Source: an uncultured Candidatus Saccharibacteria bacterium (lineage in GTDB: Bacteria > Patescibacteriota > Minisyncoccia > Minisyncoccales > PEYH01). Taken from it: DNA of 37,764 nt. Shown here piece by piece: positions 1 to 9,798 of the stretch. The DNA lies in contig CAZXXF010000001.1 in NCBI GenBank assembly GCA_964644805.1, positions 1 through 37,764 on the forward strand, in the 5' to 3' direction. A model generated the notes under the pieces. The model saw only the letters and a list, made by a program, of their open reading frames with translations. It was not told the DNA's origin and made no database searches. Every line of letters begins with the position of its first letter. The stretch's first letter is position 1. Both the position numbers and the translations under genes were made by a program.

Positions 1-70
1 TTTTAATTACCCAGTTTCTGTCTTTATCAAAGGCATGAAAATTAAGATGGGCGTGGGTGTCAAAATACAT
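1..70 (-). CDS. TatD-family metal-dependent hydrolase, N-terminal fragment (gene continues left of the window)
   Basis: The reverse strand from ATG at 70-68 reads MYFDTHAHLNFHAFDKDRNWVIK. The DTHAHL..F..D opening is typical of TatD-type hydrolases. It is missing from the ORF track because the window edge truncates it. Confidence 0.5.
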   Translation of the reverse strand, partial: MYFDTHAHLNFHAFDKDRNWVIK

Positions 71-148
71 AATCAAAAATCAAATTGAAAAGAGATTAAA
101 AACTTTTAATCTTTGCTTGGGCTATAATATTGAAGCCAAACCGCCTGA

Positions 149-2518
149 TTATTGGGTCTGGATCTCGGGCGGATTTTCCTCCATTGTCTCTTGGCTTTCG
201 TTAATGCCCCACAGGGCGGGCAGGCCTTCATTTAAATTTTCTATTATTTTCTTGATCTCCTGATTTTCCGGGTTCAGCTCCTCTATTCTTTTAAAATGGT
301 TGAGCGCCTCCAATTTGGATCCAATCTTGTCCAAAACTAATCCCAGCATGTATCTGGCGTTTGAAAATTCAGGATTCAGTTCTATTGCGCGCTCAAAATC
401 TTTTTTCGCTTCTCTATATTCATTCTTTCTCCAAAAAAGCAAACCTCTCTGAAAAGCGATGCCAGCGTCATGCGCCGCGATATTTTTAGCGACCCCGAGT
501 TTTTTTATCGCTTCCTCAATTTTCCCCTGCTGATCGTAAACAACAGCCATTAGATAATGGGCGGGAGCATAATCCGGTTTGAGCTCAATCGCCCTGTTAA
601 GATTTTCTATCGCGAAAGAAAAAGCTTCGTTTTTTTCTTCATCCAGTTTTTGTTTCTCAAAATTCTGGCCGATCAAAATATAAACCCTTCCTATTTCTCC
701 ATAAGCAAAAGGCGAATTTGGCTCCAGCTCAATCGCTTTTTTATAAGAATCTATCGCCAATTCTCCTGCCTTATTGGCACTATCAATTCCGATCAGGTTT
801 CTATAGAAAAATCCCCTTACGTTCCAGTTGGCAACATTAAAAGGACCAATATTGACCGCGTTGCCGATCGCTTCAACGCCCTTGGCAATCTCTTGATAAA
901 TAAGGGTTTCTTTTTCTTTTTGGTCGGTTATTTTAACGTCGCCTGAAATCTCGTTCGCTCTCGCAAGATGAAGCTGGCCAAGGTCTCGTCCATATAAATC
1001 ATGAGATGGATTAAGTTCGAAAGCTTTTTTGGTTAAATCGATTGCCCGTGAAAAATTTCCGGACTGGAGAGCAATGGTGCCTTCAAAATAGTTTGCGTCC
1101 GCCATATATCTTGTTGACTGAATGAAAAATAAGCTGACGCTCAATATGGCAATCATTGCCGCCGCTATGGCCGGATTGAATACCCGGGGTAATAATTTTT
1201 TAAGCTTCCCCGGTTGAAAGGGCCCGCCAAGAGATTTCGCCTTATAGTTTTCATTTGCCCTCAGAGAAAAAATAAGGGCGGCAAAAAACCAAAAAATAAA
1301 CCACAAAACGAAATTAAAAGCATAAAAAAGAGTTAAAATTATTAATCCTGCGGCTGAAGAAAAAAACGCGATGTCTATTTTATTATCATCTTGCGGGGAT
1401 ATTTTTTTTACAAAAATTCTAAATGCGGAAAAAACCAGCAAACAGATTAAAAACACCATTGATCCAAGGCCCAATATTCCCCTGGTTATGATCCAGTCAA
1501 AAAAAGAAGCATTGCCCGATAAAAATCTGTTATTCCAGAAAATGCTTAGATTGATCGCTTCGGACCGGAATTTAGAATAATTAAAAACAAAAGTGCCGGG
1601 ACCTGATCCAAAAAATACATTTTTTGCGCCTTCGCCAAAGGATCCTTTTAAAATATCCACTTCGGAACTAAAACTGGGCGAAACTTCAACCGGTATTGCC
1701 GGAAAAATCTTTGGTCGCAATGGAAAGAACAGAAAAAATATGGAAATGACGGTTATGGTCATAAGCGCCGCCATCCAATAAAAATCGCTCTTTCCTTGAA
1801 ATTTACGCACTCCGAACAAGAATATAATAAATGCGGAAAAAACCAGCAAAAACCAGGCGGTTTTAAAGCCGATTAGAATAATAGATAAAAGCAAAATAAA
1901 GGTAGTTAAACAAAAAATCCACTTTTTTCCTTGGGAGCGGTGGAAAAGAAAAGCAATTGATATCGGAAAAAAGATGGCCGATAAAATCGCGACGCTGTTA
2001 ATAGAGCCGACGGTGTTAAAAGCAACCGCCTTGACGAAATCGATCGGCAAAATAAAAATCCGATGCAATTGGAGAATGGCCAACGCCGCGGATGCCGAAA
2101 AAGAAATCAGAATAAGCTTTAAGGCGAATAAAGCGTTTTTTTTATCGGCAAATAATTGAATGAACAGAAAAACAAAAACGACGAAGGCGAATATTGCGGA
2201 AAAACTATCTGCTATGTCCAACGGATTGCCAAAAAAAGAATTATTTTTCCATAAAGAAAGGGCCGAAGAAACAAAAGAGGAAAATAAAATTACAATAAGG
2301 GCTATATATAGCATTTTTTCGCCCCTAAAAGGCGTTTTGCCCGAAAAAAGGCGGTCAAAAAAATATCCGATCGATCCGACCGCCAGCAAAAAAACCAAAA
2401 GAAGGTGCTTTGGGAATCCCAAGAAATCCTGCGAGAAAGGAAGAAAAAATAACGGGGCGGAAAAAACGATTGAATAGATGGAGAATTTAGATATTGTCTC
2501 GAAAATTTTTTTGTTCAT
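149..2518 (-). CDS. Polytopic membrane protein (O-antigen ligase/Wzy-like) fused to C-terminal TPR repeats
   Basis: 789 aa. The first ~470 aa are a series of hydrophobic helices. The C-terminal ~300 aa carry several TPR-like units (e.g. AIELEPNSPFAYGEIGRVY, AIELKPDYAPAHYLMAVVY, AIELNPEFSNARYMLGLVL). ATG start at 2518. Confidence 0.7.
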   Translation of the reverse strand: MNKKIFETISKFSIYSIVFSAPLFFLPFSQDFLGFPKHLLLVFLLAVGSIGYFFDRLFSGKTPFRGEKMLYIALIVILFSSFVSSALSLWKNNSFFGNPLDIADSFSAIFAFVVFVFLFIQLFADKKNALFALKLILISFSASAALAILQLHRIFILPIDFVKAVAFNTVGSINSVAILSAIFFPISIAFLFHRSQGKKWIFCLTTFILLLSIILIGFKTAWFLLVFSAFIIFLFGVRKFQGKSDFYWMAALMTITVISIFFLFFPLRPKIFPAIPVEVSPSFSSEVDILKGSFGEGAKNVFFGSGPGTFVFNYSKFRSEAINLSIFWNNRFLSGNASFFDWIITRGILGLGSMVFLICLLVFSAFRIFVKKISPQDDNKIDIAFFSSAAGLIILTLFYAFNFVLWFIFWFFAALIFSLRANENYKAKSLGGPFQPGKLKKLLPRVFNPAIAAAMIAILSVSLFFIQSTRYMADANYFEGTIALQSGNFSRAIDLTKKAFELNPSHDLYGRDLGQLHLARANEISGDVKITDQKEKETLIYQEIAKGVEAIGNAVNIGPFNVANWNVRGFFYRNLIGIDSANKAGELAIDSYKKAIELEPNSPFAYGEIGRVYILIGQNFEKQKLDEEKNEAFSFAIENLNRAIELKPDYAPAHYLMAVVYDQQGKIEEAIKKLGVAKNIAAHDAGIAFQRGLLFWRKNEYREAKKDFERAIELNPEFSNARYMLGLVLDKIGSKLEALNHFKRIEELNPENQEIKKIIENLNEGLPALWGINESQETMEENPPEIQTQ

Positions 2519-2586
2519 GTATGGTTTTGATTATTAATTCTACAATAAAAAAAATTTCCTGTCCAAAATATTAATGGCGGCTATTC

Positions 2587-3705
2587 TTATTTTCTTGAGC
2601 GAATTATTGCGCTTTGCAAAATTCCAATCGCTAAAAACATCGTTATAAGGGAAGATCCGCCGTAACTTACGAACGGCAAGGGAAGGCCGATAACAGGCAC
2701 AATGCCGATATTGCTACCGATGTTTACTAAAAAATGGGAAAACATCCAAATCAAAAGCCCCAAAGCGAATAACCGCGAAAAATTATTATCAGCCCCGAAA
2801 GCGACGCGAATAATTTTTAAAAAAAGGATGAAAAATAAAACGAGCATTCCCGAAATTGTCGCGAATCCGAACTCTTCTCCTATCGCCGCGAATATAAAAT
2901 CCGTCTTTGGTTCCGGCAAAAAGCCGTATTGCGTTTGCGATCCCCCGCTTATGCCCCTTCCAAACCACCCGCCGCTTCCAAGGGCAATCTTCGCTTGCCT
3001 TTGGTTCCATCCTATTTCAAGGGGCTTATAGTCGGGCATTAAAAAGCTTATTATTCTTTCTTTTTGATAATCCTGCAAAAAAAACGACCAACCGAGATAA
3101 AAAATTATAATTGCCAGAAGAGAAAGAAGCAAAAAATGCCTTAGTCTTATTCCGGAAACAATTAAAATGCCAAACCATATAAAAATTAAGATCAGCGCCG
3201 AGCCTAAATTCGGCTGGAAATAGATAAGCGCTACGGGAATAATCATATATATCCCGGAAAAAATTATATGCCTTAATTTATAAAGCTCAACGTGCCTGTA
3301 TGAGAAGTATTTCGCCAAAATAATTATTAAAACAAGCTTGGCGAATTCGGCAGGATCAATTGAAAAATCTCCTATTTTATACCAGCTTTTTACCCCCCTG
3401 ATAGGAGAAGTAAAAATAAAAAGTCCGGCTAATGAAATAATCGAAACAGCGTAAAGGACCAAAACAAGATAAGAATTGTTTTTTAGAATCCTGTAATCAA
3501 AAAAAGCCGTTATGGCCATCAGGGAAAAACCGATCGCCAAAAATATAATCTGCTTTTGAAAATTCAAAAAATCACCGCTTGAGCGGGAAAAGCTGTATAA
3601 AGAGAGGATTCCGATTCCGGTTAAAATAATGATGAGAATTATTATTCCCAGATCTAACCTCTTGAAACCGCTTATTTGTTTTAAAAAATAATTTAAAAAT
3701 GTCAT
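2587..3705 (-). CDS. SEDS family peptidoglycan polymerase (RodA/FtsW/SpoVE)
   Basis: Multi-pass membrane protein ending in the family signature GLPLPFVSYGGSSL. Start moved to the internal ATG at 3705 (MTFLNYF...) because the longer ORF would overlap ligA by 160 nt. With this start the gap to the ligA stop is 4 nt. Confidence 0.85.
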   Translation of the reverse strand: MTFLNYFLKQISGFKRLDLGIIILIIILTGIGILSLYSFSRSSGDFLNFQKQIIFLAIGFSLMAITAFFDYRILKNNSYLVLVLYAVSIISLAGLFIFTSPIRGVKSWYKIGDFSIDPAEFAKLVLIIILAKYFSYRHVELYKLRHIIFSGIYMIIPVALIYFQPNLGSALILIFIWFGILIVSGIRLRHFLLLSLLAIIIFYLGWSFFLQDYQKERIISFLMPDYKPLEIGWNQRQAKIALGSGGWFGRGISGGSQTQYGFLPEPKTDFIFAAIGEEFGFATISGMLVLFFILFLKIIRVAFGADNNFSRLFALGLLIWMFSHFLVNIGSNIGIVPVIGLPLPFVSYGGSSLITMFLAIGILQSAIIRSRK

Positions 3706-3709
3706 TTTT

Positions 3710-5749
3710 TTAAGGTTTTCCGGATAATATGGAAATAAAATCGTTTTCGGATATTGTTTTAATGCCGAGCTTTTTTGCCCTTTTAATTTTACTGCCGGCA
3801 TTTTCCCCGCAAACGAGATAATCGGTTTTTTTGTCCACGGAATCAGAAGCCCTTCCTCCCAGAAAAACAATTTTTTCTTTGGCTTTTTCCCGAGTCATTG
3901 TCTTCAAGCTTCCGGTAATAACGAATTTTTTCCCGGATAGGATATTTTTAACTTTGAGGGAACTTTTAATCGACACTCCAAAATTGGATAATTGGGACAA
4001 AAGCTTAAGATTATTAGAATCATTAAACCATCCGCGTATGCTTGTTGCCGCTGCTTCGCCTATATTGGGCACCTGGATCAACCGGTCAATGGAAGCTTTT
4101 TTTAAATCGTTGATATTTCCGAAAAATTTTGCCAAATCGGCCGCAGTTTCCTCTCCCACATGATTGATGCCCAAAGCGTATAAAAATCGAGCCAATGTGA
4201 TCATCTTGCTCTTTTCTATTGCTTCTATTAAATTGCTAGCCGATTTTTCGGCAAACCGATCCAAAGAAATCAGGTCGCTTGCTTTAAGGCGGAAAATATC
4301 GGCCGGAGAACGAACAAGACTATTGTCAACGAGCTGGTCAATAATCTTTTTCCCAAGCCCTTCGACATTGAATGCTTTTTTGGAAACAAAGTGATAAAGA
4401 TATTCTCTCTTTTTAGCGGGACAATTCTTGTTTAAACATCTCAAAATAACCTCGTCTTTTGACCTTGAAAGATTTTCTTCGCAGGCAGGGCATTTTGACG
4501 GCATTTTAAAATCCAATTCTTCGCCGCTTCGCAAATCTTTCAAGACTTCGCTTATAATCGGAATCACGTCTCCGGCCCTTTCAAGCACGATCGTATCTCT
4601 TATTTTAAGCCCAAGTCTTTTTATTTCATCAGCGTTATGAAGAGTTGCCCTCGAAACAACCACCCCGCCTATCTTTGCCGGCTCTAAAATTGCGACCGGG
4701 GTAACGGCGCCTGTTCTGCCGATTTGGACCCTAATTTCTTTTATTCTGGTTGTTGTCCTTTGAGGACTGAATTTTAAGGCCCTAGCCGCTCTTGGGCTTT
4801 TGCCAGCAATACCCAATTTGTTAAACAAAGAATTTTCATTCACGCTTACTACCACTCCGTCAATTTGAAAAGGAAGATCGTTCCTCGCCCCGCCAACATC
4901 TTGCCAAAAATCAAGCACTTCTTTTTCATTTCTGCACATTTTCCCGGCATCGGTTTTAAATCCCAAGATCTCAAGAATTTCATGTTTTTTGGAATGGGTG
5001 GTCAGGCCGATATCCGTGATAATATCGTAAGCTAAAAATTTTAATTTTCTTGAAGCGGCAAGCCTGGGATCAAGCTGTCTTATGGACCCTGCGGCCAGAT
5101 TCCTCGGGTTCGCGTACGGAGCTTCTCCTTTTTTTATTTTTTCTTGGTTAACCTCTTTGAAAATTTCCTTATCCATATAAACCTCGCCCCTGATTTCAAT
5201 CTCGCCTTCCTCCAGACGGTTAAGGATATTTTTTTCTGTTTTTTTATTCTTGATTTCGGGTTTGATTCCGATGTTAAGGGGAATGCTTTCTATTGTTTTT
5301 AGATTTTGGGTGATGTCCTCGCCAATTTTTCCATCGCCCCTTGTCGCTCCGGCGAAAAAAACGCAATTTTTATATTTGAGAGAAACCGCGAAGCCGTCTA
5401 TTTTTAATTCGCAAAAATAATCAAAATCTGTAAGCGGTTCAAGCCTTTTAAGATAATCGCGCCAGTCGTAAAACTCCTGTTCGCTGAAAATATCTTCCAG
5501 CGAAAGCATGGGAATTTTATGGGCGGTTTTTTTAAACTCTTTTAGAGGCTTTCCAGCGACTCTTTGGGTTGGCGAGTCGGGCGTTATTAAACCGGGAAAC
5601 TTCTGCTCTAAGCCGTAAAGTTCATGCTTTAATGAATCTAAAACTTCGGGGGGCATTTCCTCCCGATCAAGGACGTGATAAAGATAGCGATGATGATTAA
5701 TAAGCCGGCGCAATTTTTCAATTCGCTTTTTTGCCTCTTCGATATCCAT
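3710..5749 (-). CDS. ligA: NAD-dependent DNA ligase
   Basis: 679 aa. Adenylation motif ELKIDG, Cys4 zinc finger (CPACEENL...CLNKNCPAK), HhH region and a C-terminal BRCT-like GKKFVITGSL. Confidence 0.95.
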   Translation of the reverse strand: MDIEEAKKRIEKLRRLINHHRYLYHVLDREEMPPEVLDSLKHELYGLEQKFPGLITPDSPTQRVAGKPLKEFKKTAHKIPMLSLEDIFSEQEFYDWRDYLKRLEPLTDFDYFCELKIDGFAVSLKYKNCVFFAGATRGDGKIGEDITQNLKTIESIPLNIGIKPEIKNKKTEKNILNRLEEGEIEIRGEVYMDKEIFKEVNQEKIKKGEAPYANPRNLAAGSIRQLDPRLAASRKLKFLAYDIITDIGLTTHSKKHEILEILGFKTDAGKMCRNEKEVLDFWQDVGGARNDLPFQIDGVVVSVNENSLFNKLGIAGKSPRAARALKFSPQRTTTRIKEIRVQIGRTGAVTPVAILEPAKIGGVVVSRATLHNADEIKRLGLKIRDTIVLERAGDVIPIISEVLKDLRSGEELDFKMPSKCPACEENLSRSKDEVILRCLNKNCPAKKREYLYHFVSKKAFNVEGLGKKIIDQLVDNSLVRSPADIFRLKASDLISLDRFAEKSASNLIEAIEKSKMITLARFLYALGINHVGEETAADLAKFFGNINDLKKASIDRLIQVPNIGEAAATSIRGWFNDSNNLKLLSQLSNFGVSIKSSLKVKNILSGKKFVITGSLKTMTREKAKEKIVFLGGRASDSVDKKTDYLVCGENAGSKIKRAKKLGIKTISENDFISILSGKP

Positions 5750-5752
5750 AAT

Positions 5753-6115
5753 TTACATTCCCGTTATTTTTATTCCTCTTCTGGTGCCCCTGAAAATCCC
5801 TATTGATTTGATGCAGTAATGGTCGCTTGCGCAGGAAGGATCTATGGATCTATTCGTAACGGAAAACTCAAAAGAAGCTCCGCTTTCCAGAAAGCCGATT
5901 GCCGGGCCGTACGGCGGCACGATGGCGCCCTTAAATATTCCATAAAGAGCTGTTTCCACTCCTGAATCAGCGGCGCAAAGAGCGGCAACGGAATCTCCGG
6001 ATTGTTTGATGTTTTTGATTTGAATAACCATGACCGAGCCCAATCCGAAAACCATTACCATTAAAATGGAAAGTATCACCAATGAAAAATACAGAGCGGA
6101 ACCTTTTTTATTCAT
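5753..6115 (-). CDS. Small membrane-anchored protein, PilX-like pilus-associated (tentative)
   Basis: 120 aa. N-terminal MNKKGSALYFSLVILSILMVMVFGL resembles the PilX N-terminal anchor and lacks Glu5. It is the last gene of the minor-pilin run, 3 nt from the ligA start. Confidence 0.4.
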   Translation of the reverse strand: MNKKGSALYFSLVILSILMVMVFGLGSVMVIQIKNIKQSGDSVAALCAADSGVETALYGIFKGAIVPPYGPAIGFLESGASFEFSVTNRSIDPSCASDHYCIKSIGIFRGTRRGIKITGM

Positions 6116-6140
6116 TTTCTTTTTTTATGTCTTAGAAAAA

Positions 6141-6686
6141 TTAAAAATCAAGATTTCTTTGGGAAATGCTTGTCTGAATCTTTATCGGTGGAATGTTTCC
6201 TTCTCTTGCCTCAAGATAAGCGGTGACTGTCGGCTGCAGTTCATCTCCGGAAGGATTGCCGCTTATTTCAAACTTCAGAGTGATAATCTCCGTGCCGGGG
6301 GAAGTTAAATCTATTATTTGCCCGCCCGCCACTTTTCTTATTTTAGTCGCCCGACTTACGGGATCCCGGTAAAATTCCTGGCATTCGTTTGATTGAAGAG
6401 CGTTAATAAATCTGATTCTTGTGCCGGCGTCAAAAAGCTGATAGGTTGTTCCAGCCGATACGCAAGCTCCGTTTCTATCCCGAGGCGCCATTCTTATGGC
6501 TTTGCTCATAAATTCCATGGCGTAGCTTGTCTCACTTAATATTTTTTTGGTTAATAAAACATTCTGGTGGGTCCGCATCGCGCCTATAAACACGCCAACG
6601 ATGCTTGTTGCTAAAATGGAGAAAACTCCGGCCGAGACCACAAGCTCAACTAAGGTGAATCCCTTTTTATATTTTTTCTTTTTCAT
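6141..6686 (-). CDS. Prepilin-type N-terminal cleavage/methylation domain protein (minor pilin)
   Basis: Leader MKKKKYKKG|FTLVELVV with Gly-1, Phe+1 and Glu+5, followed by a hydrophobic helix. Confidence 0.8.
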   Translation of the reverse strand: MKKKKYKKGFTLVELVVSAGVFSILATSIVGVFIGAMRTHQNVLLTKKILSETSYAMEFMSKAIRMAPRDRNGACVSAGTTYQLFDAGTRIRFINALQSNECQEFYRDPVSRATKIRKVAGGQIIDLTSPGTEIITLKFEISGNPSGDELQPTVTAYLEAREGNIPPIKIQTSISQRNLDF

Positions 6687-6689
6687 TTT

Positions 6690-7220
6690 TTAAAACCAAT
6701 TGTATAAATTCTCCTGCATGCTTACTTCTTTGACCATTGATCTTTCAAGCCAGTAAACAGTAACAATTATTTTTAAAACATCCGGCTGCCGCTGAATGGT
6801 TATCCTTCTTTTAAAAACCGTATTTTCTCCGGCAGAATAGTTGTAGAAATCATTATTGTTTTTTCTCAAAAACCACAGATCTGAAAATCCGCACAAGCCC
6901 GGACAAACGCTAAGCGCTGGATCTTTGGAACGGGGCAAAAAATAATCTGCCTGATAGTTTCCCGAAGACAATCCTTCGTTCCATTCGTTGGTCGGGGCGC
7001 TTGCTTTTTCTAAAAAATTAGTGTCTCTTATGTTGCGGATTATTTCTATTCCTTCCTGCGCAAGATGGGAGGCCGTCGCCCTCATTCTGGCGCCTGTCGC
7101 AACGCTGATGGAATTTTGTATCATAATGTAGGCGCCTATTATGCCCGAAGTCAGCACAAAAACGGCTATCAGCAATTCCGCCAAAGTAAAGCCTTTGTTT
7201 TGTTTATTTTTACTGAACAT
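6690..7220 (-). CDS. Prepilin-type minor pilin
   Basis: Leader MFSKNKQNKG|FTLAELLIAVFVL with Glu+5. Confidence 0.8.
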   Translation of the reverse strand: MFSKNKQNKGFTLAELLIAVFVLTSGIIGAYIMIQNSISVATGARMRATASHLAQEGIEIIRNIRDTNFLEKASAPTNEWNEGLSSGNYQADYFLPRSKDPALSVCPGLCGFSDLWFLRKNNNDFYNYSAGENTVFKRRITIQRQPDVLKIIVTVYWLERSMVKEVSMQENLYNWF

Positions 7221-7767
7221 AAATTAAGCCGGCTGAATTAAAATAAATTGTTTTCTGTTTTGTCGTTCCGGTGATTCCCAGTCTTGCGCTTGAAACGGTT
7301 TGGGGATTGCCGTTGATGATGACCGATGGAGATGGAGGCACAAAAACTATGTTGACCGGAGAGGGAACAATAATGGAAATTGCCTGATCTATCGTTATTA
7401 TTTCCAACGTTTCCGCACAGCTTCCGTTGCAGGGCAAACCCGATGAATCATAAATTCTATTGTTGTTGCAATCCGCGAATAAAATATATCTTGTCAGGTT
7501 CCCCGAATCAAAATAGACGCCATAGCCGCCCGCGGGAAAAATACCGCAATGATGTTTTCCGGAAATAGCCCTTTCCTTGATTTCCTCGGACTTTGAAACA
7601 AGAAAATTCGCCTCTTTCTGAAGCTTTAATTCTTGCTTTCTTTCGCCGTATCCCCAAAAAGACGCAGACGCCAAAATCCCGATAATCATGATCGCCACTA
7701 AAAATTCCGCTATGGTGAACCCCGCTATAATCCCTTGATTTCTAAACAGGGCAAATCCTTTTTTCAT
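7210..7767 (-). CDS. Prepilin-type minor pilin
   Basis: MKKGFALFRNQGIIAG|FTIAEFLVAIMIIGILA. Start placed at ATG 7767, which forms an ATGA overlap with the pilD stop, rather than at the longer ORF start 7809. Confidence 0.8.
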   Translation of the reverse strand: MKKGFALFRNQGIIAGFTIAEFLVAIMIIGILASASFWGYGERKQELKLQKEANFLVSKSEEIKERAISGKHHCGIFPAGGYGVYFDSGNLTRYILFADCNNNRIYDSSGLPCNGSCAETLEIITIDQAISIIVPSPVNIVFVPPSPSVIINGNPQTVSSARLGITGTTKQKTIYFNSAGLIYVQ

Positions 7768-8597
7768 TGAATCAATTTTAAATACCAGCCGATTAATGCT
7801 TCGCCCCAAAGCATCGCTATAAACGCGGACGTAATCAAAAAGGGGGCAAAGGGCAATTCGCTTTTCATGTTCTTTTTTTTCAGAATCAAAAGCGCTGTGC
7901 TTATTATACCACCTATCATATAAGCCAGAAATAAGGCGGCTATTATCCGGGGCCAGCCGGAGAATAAACCCAAAAAAATTCCCAGCTTAACATCGCCAAA
8001 ACCGATCCATTTGCCGCGGGAAAAAATAAAAATAATGAGAAAAAATCCCGAGGCGGTCAGGGCGGCCAATATGTAATTAAAGAAAAATTTAAAATCAACG
8101 GAAAGAAAATTATTGATTTGGAATGATTCAAAAAGACGATAACCCAAAGCTATGAATATGCCCGGGAACAGAATCTCATCGGCTATAAGATAGTGCTTTA
8201 AATCATAAACGAAAATAATAATCAAAAAACAGGCGCAAAGAAGCAAAAAGACAATATTGACAAGTTGGTAAAAATGAACGACTGGGAGATGAAAGCTTAA
8301 AATCAAGATAAACACAAGCCCCGTTGCTATTTCAACCAGCGGATACTGAAAAGATATTTTTTTGCCGCAATGGCGGCATTTTCCTCTCAGAATGAGAAAG
8401 CTTAAAACAGGAATGAGATCAAAAAATTCAAGGTTATGTTTGCATTTGGGGCAGGCCGATCTTTCCGAAAAAGCCCTTTTTTTTGTGCCCAAACGGCAAA
8501 TCACGCAATTTAAAAAAGAGCCGATTGCCGCCCCGAAGAAAAAAACAAAAAAATAAATTAAGCAAATAAATCCCTGAATGAAAAAAGATAAAAACAT
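7764..8597 (-). CDS. pilD: Prepilin peptidase (A24 family)
   Basis: 277 aa polytopic protein. Cys pairs CPKCKHNL / CRHCGKKI, and the aspartyl-protease motif GFGDVKL. Confidence 0.9.
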   Translation of the reverse strand: MFLSFFIQGFICLIYFFVFFFGAAIGSFLNCVICRLGTKKRAFSERSACPKCKHNLEFFDLIPVLSFLILRGKCRHCGKKISFQYPLVEIATGLVFILILSFHLPVVHFYQLVNIVFLLLCACFLIIIFVYDLKHYLIADEILFPGIFIALGYRLFESFQINNFLSVDFKFFFNYILAALTASGFFLIIFIFSRGKWIGFGDVKLGIFLGLFSGWPRIIAALFLAYMIGGIISTALLILKKKNMKSELPFAPFLITSAFIAMLWGEALIGWYLKLIQ

Positions 8598-8612
8598 ATT
8601 AATTTATTTTAC

Positions 8613-8648
8613 CAAAAAAAAGCTCCCTCATAAATCATCTTGAGAGAG
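8613..8648 (-). terminator. Intrinsic terminator downstream of the second pilin gene
   Basis: The minus strand reads CTCTCTCA-AGATGATTTA-TGAGGGAG: an 8-bp stem with one G.U pair, then C and T8. It lies between the pilin stop (8677) and the pilD start (8597). Confidence 0.55.
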
Positions 8649-8676
8649 TTTTTTCTTTCCGGGGCAATTATTCAAT

Positions 8677-9120
8677 CTATGGACAGAAACTGTTTGCATT
8701 GGCGCATAATTGCGTCGCAGAAACATCCGTTGCGAACCGGCCGACGCTGTCAATGCAAAGATAATTATTTGCCTCGGTCAATCTTACATTAACGCAATAG
8801 CTGTCGCTATCGGCATAGCAATATACTCTTCCTCCGCTTTCACTTATTCCCTGCTGAATATGCACAAGAGCCGGCCAGCTGAAATTGGCGCTGTTGAAAT
8901 CTCCGCCGGGCGGAGTGGCGCACAAGCTAACATAACCGTCTGTGGCGCCCATGAATATTCTCTCGGCCAATTTTCTTGCCTCGGCCAAATCAGAAGCTAT
9001 TTTGGTGTTTTTGGACCGCAAAACAGCCGTTCTTGCCGACGCGACAATCAATACGACCAAAATGGCAAATATCATTACCACTATTAAGACTTCCATTAAT
9101 GTAAGACCCCTTGATTTCAT
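8677..9120 (-). CDS. Type IV pilin paralogue (Cys-rich)
   Basis: MKSRG|LTLMEVLIVVMIFAILV with Glu+5. The globular part has six Cys and ends in ...CANANSFCP, the same Cys pattern as the upstream pilin. Confidence 0.8.
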   Translation of the reverse strand: MKSRGLTLMEVLIVVMIFAILVVLIVASARTAVLRSKNTKIASDLAEARKLAERIFMGATDGYVSLCATPPGGDFNSANFSWPALVHIQQGISESGGRVYCYADSDSYCVNVRLTEANNYLCIDSVGRFATDVSATQLCANANSFCP

Positions 9121-9230
9121 TCTTTTTTATGAACCCTGTTAAAAATTTCAGAGCTTGGGTCAAATCTTTTCAAAAGAGAAATTCATTTAAACCCTTGGAG
9201 TTTATGACAGAGTGAAACTATTTTCATCTC

Positions 9231-9659
9231 TTACGGACAATTATGGACGGTTGAGGTACACGTGGTAGTCGGATTTACCGTTCCCTCATAGGCTCTTCCT
9301 TCGTCAATGCAGAAATATCTGGTTGTGCTTGAAGCCATGATCGCATGACTACAATATTCACTAGCACCCAACATGAAGGATGGAGCGGGTCCGTTAGCCC
9401 CATTTTGCGTGTCTATATCACCACAAAGCTGAGTCATTTCACTGTTTGTGGCGCAGCCGAATCCAACATATGTATTGTTAGTTGAATTCCACAATTCTGC
9501 CTGCGTCCTTATCTGGCTGAAAGCGCTGGCAATTCTGGCGTCTCTTGCCCTTAAAGTTGCGCCTCTCAATGAAACCAGCACGATTGCGGCCAGAATTCCG
9601 ATAATGGCGATAACCACTAAAAGCTCAATTAACGTAAAACCTCTTTTGTTTGATTTCAT
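9231..9659 (-). CDS. Type IV major pilin candidate (PilA-like, Cys-rich)
   Basis: MKSNKRG|FTLIELLVVIAIIGILAAIVLVSL is a near-consensus class III signal. Six Cys, ending ...CTSTVHNCP. It has its own strong promoter. Confidence 0.85.
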   Translation of the reverse strand: MKSNKRGFTLIELLVVIAIIGILAAIVLVSLRGATLRARDARIASAFSQIRTQAELWNSTNNTYVGFGCATNSEMTQLCGDIDTQNGANGPAPSFMLGASEYCSHAIMASSTTRYFCIDEGRAYEGTVNPTTTCTSTVHNCP

Positions 9660-9742
9660 GTTATTTCCTGTTTAATGATTTTATATTTTAACGTTGATCG
9701 ACCTTTTGATATATTTTTATGCGTTCTATGTCTAATAATATA

Positions 9743-9771
9743 ATTATATTTCACAAAGTATTGACGGTCAA
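9743..9771 (-). promoter_or_regulatory. Sigma70-like promoter of the major pilin gene
   Basis: Minus strand: TTGACC (9771-9766), 17-nt spacer, TATAAT (9748-9743). It lies about 80 nt upstream of the pilin ATG and just downstream of the pilC stop. Confidence 0.55.
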
Positions 9772-9798
9772 CACGACTGGCAAGCGGTTAACCTTGAA

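Noticed and set aside
557-2477. Several 60-130-aa plus-strand ORFs inside the TPR/membrane gene, and similar antisense ORFs inside ligA, pilB, recG, gyrA, ftsH and others
   Set aside because: They are antisense to long ORFs with clear family motifs. Their sequences are low-complexity and K/F/L-rich, as expected from AT-rich antisense strands.
3706-3870. Longer 427-aa version of the SEDS protein
   Set aside because: The extra 55 codons overlap the 3' end of ligA and look non-membrane and basic. The internal ATG at 3705 gives a canonical SEDS N-terminus.
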